Assembly (NCBI GenBank): GCA_025993795.1
Contig: JAMQHL010000012.1
Span: 115,382-179,381 of the forward strand
Length of the DNA: 64,000 nucleotides
Source of the DNA: Planctomycetota bacterium
Lineage (GTDB): Bacteria; Planctomycetota; UBA8742; UBA2392
Direction: 5' to 3'
Under the pieces are notes generated by a model. It saw nothing but the letters and a program-made list of their open reading frames with translations, was not told the DNA's origin and did not search any database. Below are positions 58,098-64,000 of this stretch, piece after piece (position 1 is the stretch's first letter; each line of letters opens with the position of its first letter). A program made the translations under genes and the position numbers.

Positions 58098-59435
58098 TCA
58101 AGCGTCCGTTCCGATCGAAACCGGCGCCGGCGCCGTAATGGGCGCGCCCGCAGGCAGCAACGTTTCGGCGTGTCCTCCGTCGCGGCGCTTGAGCATGCGC
58201 TCGGCGACTGTTACGCACAGCGGAAGCAGCAGCGCAAATCCAGCGGCGATGTAGCCGAGGGTCGGAATGCCCTGCAGGCTCTTGTCGGCGTTCTCGGTCA
58301 GAATGCGCGACGACATGATGGCAGCGCCGGCCAGCGCGAAATGCTGCACCGCGCTTTGCAGCGACATGAAACTCGCGCGTTCATGGGGCATCGGGATCTT
58401 GGTGTCCAGCGCGCGGGCCGGCACACCGCGCACGCTCATGCTGCCCATGAAGCACACGAAGGCAACCATCACCGGCAGCACCGGGCTGTAGTCAATGAAC
58501 CAGAACCAGACCACCGTGATCACCAGTGCCGCGCCCAGCCAGCTCACGATCGAAGACCCGAGCCGGTCCGTCAGGCGGCCGACGACCAGCATTACCAGCA
58601 GGCTGAGTGTTCCGCCCACCAGGTAAAGCGGGCCCAGTATGCTTGGCCTGAGCCCAAGCGGCCCAAGCAGTTCCAACAGCCAGGGTTCGCCGGTATAGCC
58701 AAGGTTGAACACCAGATAGCCTGGAATATGCGGGATAATCGTGAACGCACTGAACATCATCGCCGTGATGCTCAGGTACGAGAGCAACGGCAACGGCTTG
58801 CGCAGCAGGTTGAACATGGCGAGGCCGGGTGGCCGATTGCCGGTCTGCAGGTGCATTCGTAGTGGCGGCAGCATGAAAATGGCTGCGGCAGCAACAACTA
58901 CGCCCAGCGCTGCAACGCTGAAGAAGGGTGCGCGCCATCCGCCGGCGTTGGCGATCTCAAGGGCCAGCGGCACACCTGCGATGCTGGCAATGCTGAAGGC
59001 AGTCATGACTGTTGCCATGGCGCGGCCGCGGCGTTTGGGCGGCACCACGTCGGACACAATCGCCAGCGACAGCGCCATTGCCGGGCCGCCGAACAGGCCT
59101 GCGACAACACGTGCCCCAAGCAGCGAATACAGGTCCCAGGCCATGCCGCACAGGGCCGTACCGATCACCAGACCAGCGATGGAGACGGCAAGGGCCTTGC
59201 GCCGGTCAAACCGGTCAAGAAAGAAGCTGCCCGCGATACCTGATGTAGCGGCGGCCAGCGTGTACGCGCCGGCAATGTCGCCCATACGGTGCGAAGGAAT
59301 GCCCAGGCTGAGGGAAAAGTCCGGCCCCAGCGGCATTACGATCATGAAGTCCAGGATGTTGATGAAGTGAATGGCCGCAATCAGCAGCACCACGGCACGT
59401 TCATTGACAGGCAGTTGTGACGAAACGCTCGCCAT
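58098..59435 (-). CDS. MFS transporter
   Basis: The protein is 445 aa with about 12 hydrophobic segments. An MFS-type loop motif, LDRFDRRKAL, lies after TM2. Confidence 0.8.
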   Translation of the reverse strand: MASVSSQLPVNERAVVLLIAAIHFINILDFMIVMPLGPDFSLSLGIPSHRMGDIAGAYTLAAATSGIAGSFFLDRFDRRKALAVSIAGLVIGTALCGMAWDLYSLLGARVVAGLFGGPAMALSLAIVSDVVPPKRRGRAMATVMTAFSIASIAGVPLALEIANAGGWRAPFFSVAALGVVVAAAAIFMLPPLRMHLQTGNRPPGLAMFNLLRKPLPLLSYLSITAMMFSAFTIIPHIPGYLVFNLGYTGEPWLLELLGPLGLRPSILGPLYLVGGTLSLLVMLVVGRLTDRLGSSIVSWLGAALVITVVWFWFIDYSPVLPVMVAFVCFMGSMSVRGVPARALDTKIPMPHERASFMSLQSAVQHFALAGAAIMSSRILTENADKSLQGIPTLGYIAAGFALLLPLCVTVAERMLKRRDGGHAETLLPAGAPITAPAPVSIGTDA

Positions 59436-59591
59436 GAATTACGCAGGCACTCCGTCTGGAGTGCCTGTCCCTAGGTTCAGGCATTGTAACGCGCGGCGGG
59501 TGCAACTGCATTTCTTCATTTATGCGAGAGTGTTGCGTCGCGGCGTCCGGCGTATTAAACCGCTGCGCGTCCGGCAAAGAGAACCCTGGCC

Positions 59592-60422
59592 ATGACAACA
59601 GCGACAGCGCCTCGCGCCATCGGAGGACACAAGGACTCGTTCGGGGCCACGACGCGCAGCGACCGCTGGTGGCAGGGCGGGGCGTTGACGGCGGCCGGGT
59701 TGATCTTCTTTTTCGGATATCTCACGGTGCGGGCATTTCAGGGCACCTGGCTGTGGGCGAACCCGTACATAAGCCCGACGGGCGCGCCGCCGCTGTTCAC
59801 GCCGGCCTCGGGCTATGCGGGCGCGATCCCGGTCAGCCACGCCTGGCTGGGCGCCTTCCCCGCATGGTGGCCGAGGTTTCTGCCGCAGTCGCCGGCATTC
59901 TTCTTTCCGGGCCTGGCGATCGCCTTCCGCTTCACCTGCTATTACTACCGCAAGGCCTATTACCGCGCGTTCGCGGCCTCGCCGCCTGCCTGCGCGGTGG
60001 CGGGCCCGCGACTGAAGTACCGGGGTGAGACAGCGCTGCTGCTGTTCCAGAACCTGCACCGCTACGCGCTGTATGGCGCGCTGTTCCTGCTGGTGTGCCT
60101 GTGGTACGAGGCGTTTTCGGCGTTCTTCAAGAATGGCCAGTTTGGCATGGGAGTCGGCACGCTGGTGATGGTGCTCAACGCGGCTCTGCTGAGCGGCTAT
60201 ACCTTCGGCTGCCATTCGTGGCGCCACCTGATCGGCGGACGCAAGGATTGCTTTTCGTGCGATGCGGGCAGCAAGCGCGCCCACGGCATATGGAAGAAAT
60301 CCACTTGGTTGAACTCGCGACATATGCTGTTGGCGTGGCTGAGCCTGTTCTGGGTCGCGTTTACCGACTTCTACGTGATGATGGTTTCACGCGGGGTGAT
60401 TACGGATCTGAATACGTGGTAA
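59592..60422 (+). CDS. Putative succinate dehydrogenase/fumarate reductase membrane anchor subunit (single large polytopic subunit)
   Basis: The protein is polytopic, 276 aa, and lies directly upstream of sdhA/sdhB. Several conserved His residues are candidate haem ligands. The assignment rests mainly on operon context. Confidence 0.6.
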   Translation: MTTATAPRAIGGHKDSFGATTRSDRWWQGGALTAAGLIFFFGYLTVRAFQGTWLWANPYISPTGAPPLFTPASGYAGAIPVSHAWLGAFPAWWPRFLPQSPAFFFPGLAIAFRFTCYYYRKAYYRAFAASPPACAVAGPRLKYRGETALLLFQNLHRYALYGALFLLVCLWYEAFSAFFKNGQFGMGVGTLVMVLNAALLSGYTFGCHSWRHLIGGRKDCFSCDAGSKRAHGIWKKSTWLNSRHMLLAWLSLFWVAFTDFYVMMVSRGVITDLNTW

Positions 60423-60487
60423 GTGAGGCATAGGGCTACGGTCGTCGGAAATCGCCGCGGCCCCAAGCCTCAAGCCCGGAAACGCCT

Positions 60488-62338
60488 ATGGCCGCAGCAG
60501 ACATCTCCGAACTTCAGACCATTGAGCACGACGTCCTGGTGATCGGCGCAGGTGGTGCCGGCCTGCGTGCAGCCATTGAGTGCGCGGCCCAAGGCGTGAG
60601 TACCGGCCTCGTCTGCAAGTCGCTGCTCGGCAAGGCTCACACGGTAATGGCCGAGGGTGGCATGGCCGCTGCCATGGGCAACGTGGATCCGCGCGACAAC
60701 TGGAAAGTCCACTTTCGCGACACCATGCGCGGAGGTAAGTTCCTGAACAACTGGCGCATGGCAGAGCTGCACGCCAAAGAAGCGCCGGAGCGGGTCCGCG
60801 AGCTCGAAGAGTGGGGTGCGGTGTTTGACCGCACCAAGCAGGGCTTGATCAGCCAGCGCAACTTCGGCGGCCACAGGTATCCCAGGCTCGCGCACGTCGG
60901 TGACCGTACCGGCCTTGAGCTGATCCGCACCCTGCAGGACCACGGTGTGCACCAAGGCATTGCTGTACACATGGAATGCACTGTGCTTGACCTGCTTAAA
61001 GACGGCGACCGGGTCGTCGGCGCTTTGGCATACTGGCGCGACACCGGCCGCTTCGTGCTGTTCAAGGCCAAAGCTGTCGTGCTTGCCACAGGCGGCGCCG
61101 GCAAGGCGTGGCGCGTGACCAGCAATTCGTGGGAGTACAGCGGCGACGGCCTGGCCATGGCGTACCTCGCCGGTGCCGAGTTGATGGACCTCGAGTTCAC
61201 CCAGTTCCACCCGACGGGCATGGTGTGGCCGCCCAGCGTTCGCGGCACCTTGGTCACCGAGGGTGTGCGCGGCGACGGCGGCATTCTCAAGAACAAAGAC
61301 GGCAAGCGCTTCATGTTCGATTACATCCCCGAGCGCTTCGCCGCAGAGACCGCCGACACCGAAGAAGAAGCCAACCGCTGGCTCAAAGGCGACAAGGCGG
61401 CGCGGCGCCCGCCCGAGCTGCTGACACGCGACGTCGTCGCGCGTGCGATTAACTCCGAAGTGAAGGCCGGCCGCGGCAGTGAACATGGCGGCGTGTATCT
61501 GGACATTGCAAGTCGTGTCCCTGCCGAGATCATTCGCAAGAAGCTGCCAAGCATGTACCACCAGTTCAAAGAACTGGCCGAAGTCGATATCACCGCGCAA
61601 CCGATGGAAGTCGGCCCGACGTTGCATTATTTCATGGGCGGCATTCGTGTTGACGCAGACAGCCAGATGACCACCGTGCCCGGCTTGTTCGCCGCAGGCG
61701 AATGCGCGGCTGGTCTGCACGGCGCGAACCGACTTGGCGGAAATTCGCTGAGCGACCTGATTGTCTTCGGCAAGCGCGCCGGTGCCGGCGCCTGCGAGTA
61801 CGCAGCCAAGGCTGGGCAGGGCGTAATCGATGAGGCGCAGGTACACGCGAGCATGCGCAGGGCCACGGATTTCCTGAACCGCGAAAGCGGTATCAACCCG
61901 TTTGTCGTGCAGGAAAAACTGCAAGGGATGATGAGCCACAACGTCGGCATCATCCGCACCAAGGCCGAGCTCGAAACTGCCATTGAGAAACTCAAAGAGC
62001 TTGAGGCCGAGGCCGCCACGGCAAAAGCCCATGCCACCAGCCAGTACAACGCCGGCTGGCATACGGCGCTGGATTTACGCAACCTGCTGCTGAGCAGTGA
62101 AGCGGTAACGCGGGCGGCGCTGACGCGCGAGGAAAGTCGCGGCGCGCACACCCGCGACGACTTTCCGGGCGAGCGCGACGAATGGGTGAAGTACAACATC
62201 ATCATCAAGCGCGGTGCAGGCGGCGAGATGGTTGTCGAGAAGCGGCAACGGCCGGCAGGTCCGACACCGCTGGTGGAAATCGCGAACAGCAAGATCGAAG
62301 ACCTGGAAAGCGGCAAAGTGGCAGCAGATTACAAGTAG
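60488..62338 (+). CDS. sdhA: Succinate dehydrogenase/fumarate reductase flavoprotein subunit
   Basis: The FAD-binding motif is DVLVIGAGGAGLRAAIE. The covalent-FAD His region is SLLGKAHTVMAEGG. Also present are HPTG and ESRGAHTRDDFP. Confidence 0.95.
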   Translation: MAAADISELQTIEHDVLVIGAGGAGLRAAIECAAQGVSTGLVCKSLLGKAHTVMAEGGMAAAMGNVDPRDNWKVHFRDTMRGGKFLNNWRMAELHAKEAPERVRELEEWGAVFDRTKQGLISQRNFGGHRYPRLAHVGDRTGLELIRTLQDHGVHQGIAVHMECTVLDLLKDGDRVVGALAYWRDTGRFVLFKAKAVVLATGGAGKAWRVTSNSWEYSGDGLAMAYLAGAELMDLEFTQFHPTGMVWPPSVRGTLVTEGVRGDGGILKNKDGKRFMFDYIPERFAAETADTEEEANRWLKGDKAARRPPELLTRDVVARAINSEVKAGRGSEHGGVYLDIASRVPAEIIRKKLPSMYHQFKELAEVDITAQPMEVGPTLHYFMGGIRVDADSQMTTVPGLFAAGECAAGLHGANRLGGNSLSDLIVFGKRAGAGACEYAAKAGQGVIDEAQVHASMRRATDFLNRESGINPFVVQEKLQGMMSHNVGIIRTKAELETAIEKLKELEAEAATAKAHATSQYNAGWHTALDLRNLLLSSEAVTRAALTREESRGAHTRDDFPGERDEWVKYNIIIKRGAGGEMVVEKRQRPAGPTPLVEIANSKIEDLESGKVAADYK

Positions 62339-62342
62339 TAGC

Positions 62343-62418
62343 CGGTTGTCGGTTGTCAGTTGTCAGCAGCCGACGACGTATGCAGCTTCTGACAACCGAC
62401 AAATGACGACTGACAACC
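62343..62418. repeat. Heptad-built palindromic intercistronic element, copy B
   Basis: The left arm GTTGTCGGTTGTCAGTTGTCAGC (62345-62367) is identical to the reverse complement of 53700-53722. The right arm is CTGACAACCGACAAATGACGACTGACAACC and ends 4 nt before the sdhB ATG. Confidence 0.85.
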
Positions 62419-62422
62419 ATCC

Positions 62423-63163
62423 ATGGCACAGCGAACTTTCAAAATCTGGCGTGGCGACAGCGAAGGCGGCGAATTCGTCGACTACACCGTCGAGGTCGGC
62501 CCCGGCATGGTCGTGCTTGATGCCATTCACCGCATCCAGGCTGAGCACTCCAGCGAGCTCGCCTGTCGCTGGAACTGCAAAGCCGGCAAGTGCGGCAGTT
62601 GCTCCATGGAAATCAACGGCAAGCCGCGGCTGTCGTGCATGACCCGCCTGAACAGCTTGCCCGAGGGCACCGTCACCATTCAGCCGCTGAAAGCTTTCCC
62701 GCTCGTGAAAGACCTTGTCACGGACGTGAGCTGGAACTTTGAGCAAAACAAGCGCATCGCACCACTCAAGCCCAAGGCACGAGATGCGGATGGCAACCAC
62801 CGCATGATGCAGGAAGACGTCGACCGCGTGCAGGAGTTCCGCAAGTGCATCGAGTGCTTTCTGTGCCAGGACGTGTGCCACGTGCTGCGCGACCACAAGA
62901 AGCATGAGAAGTTCGTCGGCCCGCGCTTCATGGTCAGGCTGGCACAACTTGAGATGCACCCGCTGGATACTGACGACCGGATCGAGAAGATCCGCAAAGA
63001 GTTCGGCAGCGGCTGGTGCAACATCACGCGCTGCTGCACCGAGGTATGCCCCGAGCACATCGGAATTACCGACAACGCGATCATCCCGCTGAAAGAGCGC
63101 GTGGTAGACCGCTACTACGACCCGGTCGCCTGGTTCATCCGCAAAGTCCTCGGCCGCAAGTAG
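62423..63163 (+). CDS. sdhB: Succinate dehydrogenase/fumarate reductase iron-sulfur subunit
   Basis: The 2Fe-2S motif is CRWNCKAGKCGSCSMEINGKPRLSC. The 4Fe-4S motif is CIECFLCQDVC. The third cluster region is CTEVCPEHI. Confidence 0.95.
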   Translation: MAQRTFKIWRGDSEGGEFVDYTVEVGPGMVVLDAIHRIQAEHSSELACRWNCKAGKCGSCSMEINGKPRLSCMTRLNSLPEGTVTIQPLKAFPLVKDLVTDVSWNFEQNKRIAPLKPKARDADGNHRMMQEDVDRVQEFRKCIECFLCQDVCHVLRDHKKHEKFVGPRFMVRLAQLEMHPLDTDDRIEKIRKEFGSGWCNITRCCTEVCPEHIGITDNAIIPLKERVVDRYYDPVAWFIRKVLGRK

Positions 63164-63296
63164 TAGCGCACAGTTACCCGCGATTTACAGGCTCGTTACC
63201 GTGGTCGGCGCCTTTCCCGGAACTACTGCTGTAGTTTTACGTCCTAGTCGTGCGTAACGACTTGGTTCGTGGGCAGTAGTGTTTGCGGGGGTTCAC

Positions 63297-64000
63297 ATGC
63301 GCGCGCCGAAACTTTCGATTTTCAATGTGGTGCAGTCCGTAGTCACGGTCTGCGCAATCCTGTTCGGCATCTACGGATTGATGCAGACTGAATCCGCGCC
63401 ACCGCCTGCAAACGTCTTCATCGATGCACCGCCTGAGATTGCCAAGATAACGCAACCTGAACGCCAGCCCGTGCGTCTTCCCGCCACGCAGCCAGAGCCC
63501 ACGCCCCGCACGCCGGTCGCCCCGGTTACGAAAGTGCCGTCAAACCCGGACGACCGTGGCAACGGCACGATACTGGGCAGCGTTGTTTTCACTGACGGTC
63601 GGGTCGTTGCAGGCATGCGCGTGACGGCCATCAGCTCCGGCGTGCCGATCAACCCACCCGCCTGGGACTACGGTGACCTGCCGCGCACCCACGCCGCATA
63701 CGACGAATACTTCCGCAGCGTGCAACGCAACACCCGCGAAACCGAAACCGATGACTCCGGCCGCTTCAGGTTTGACCAGCTCGATGAAGCACACACCTAC
63801 AATGTTACCGCCGGCAACGCCGATTTGGGCAGCAGCCAGCAGGCCGCCAAGCCCGGCACCCAACTCAAGTTCACGTTTGAAGTGCCGGTGATGCTGGCCG
63901 GCATCGTCAGCTGCGATGACGGCTTTCCAGCCGAATACACCGTGACTGTGGCCGTCGATGGCGGCGGGTGGTGGGATGCCATCGCCAGCCAGAGCTTCCG
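63297..64000 (+). CDS. N-terminally anchored CarboxypepD_reg-like domain protein (3' end lies outside the window)
   Basis: This ORF is not in the ORF track because there is no stop in the window. Hand translation from ATG 63297 is open to the window end. It has a TM helix (VVQSVVTVCAILFGIYGL), a Pro-rich linker, then GTILGSVVFTDGRVVAGMRVTA...TDDSGRFRFDQL. Confidence 0.6.
   Translation, partial: MRAPKLSIFNVVQSVVTVCAILFGIYGLMQTESAPPPANVFIDAPPEIAKITQPERQPVRLPATQPEPTPRTPVAPVTKVPSNPDDRGNGTILGSVVFTDGRVVAGMRVTAISSGVPINPPAWDYGDLPRTHAAYDEYFRSVQRNTRETETDDSGRFRFDQLDEAHTYNVTAGNADLGSSQQAAKPGTQLKFTFEVPVMLAGIVSCDDGFPAEYTVTVAVDGGGWWDAIASQSF

Overview
This is a 64-kb window from a high-GC bacterium. Hand counts of sample lines give about 65-70% GC in core genes. 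It is densely coded on both strands. The gene content (T2SS-type pseudopilins, HEAT-repeat and CarboxypepD_reg surface proteins, a three-gene sdh operon with a large single membrane anchor) fits a Planctomycetota/PVC-like lineage, but that is inference only.

Most of the window is housekeeping:
- Replication, division and nucleoid: dnaE, ftsK, an HU/IHF-like protein.
- Translation: rpmE, prfA, tadA, and three tRNAs (one with anticodon CAT, Ser-GCU, Ser-CGA).
- Metabolism and respiration: trxA, carB, acpS, hutI, a class-III aminotransferase, a stand-alone nuoN, and sdhC-like/sdhA/sdhB.
- Peptidases and signalling: M1 and M16 peptidases, and a PAS histidine kinase with its response regulator.

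The accessory part starts right after the tRNA(CAT) at 15.6 kb and runs to about 23.5 kb. It holds:
- an OLD-family ATPase-Toprim nuclease whose stop is overlapped by the start of a Type III-like DNA methyltransferase. The methyltransferase is truncated at a small inverted-repeat/tandem-repeat scar;
- about 400 bp of non-coding, decayed DNA;
- an SPFH (COG4260-like) protein with three C-terminal zinc ribbons, followed by two membrane proteins. One of these looks like an MCE domain fused to a catalytically dead trypsin fold;
- a lower-GC Type II restriction-modification cassette;
- a possible relic of another methyltransferase.

No integrase, transposase, CRISPR array or rRNA was found.

Outside the island, the most notable sequence-level signal is a heptad-built palindromic intercistronic element. 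Two copies share an identical 23-mer. Each sits just after a stop codon and just before the next start codon, in the same orientation relative to transcription.

All family assignments come from motifs read by eye. No database search was run.
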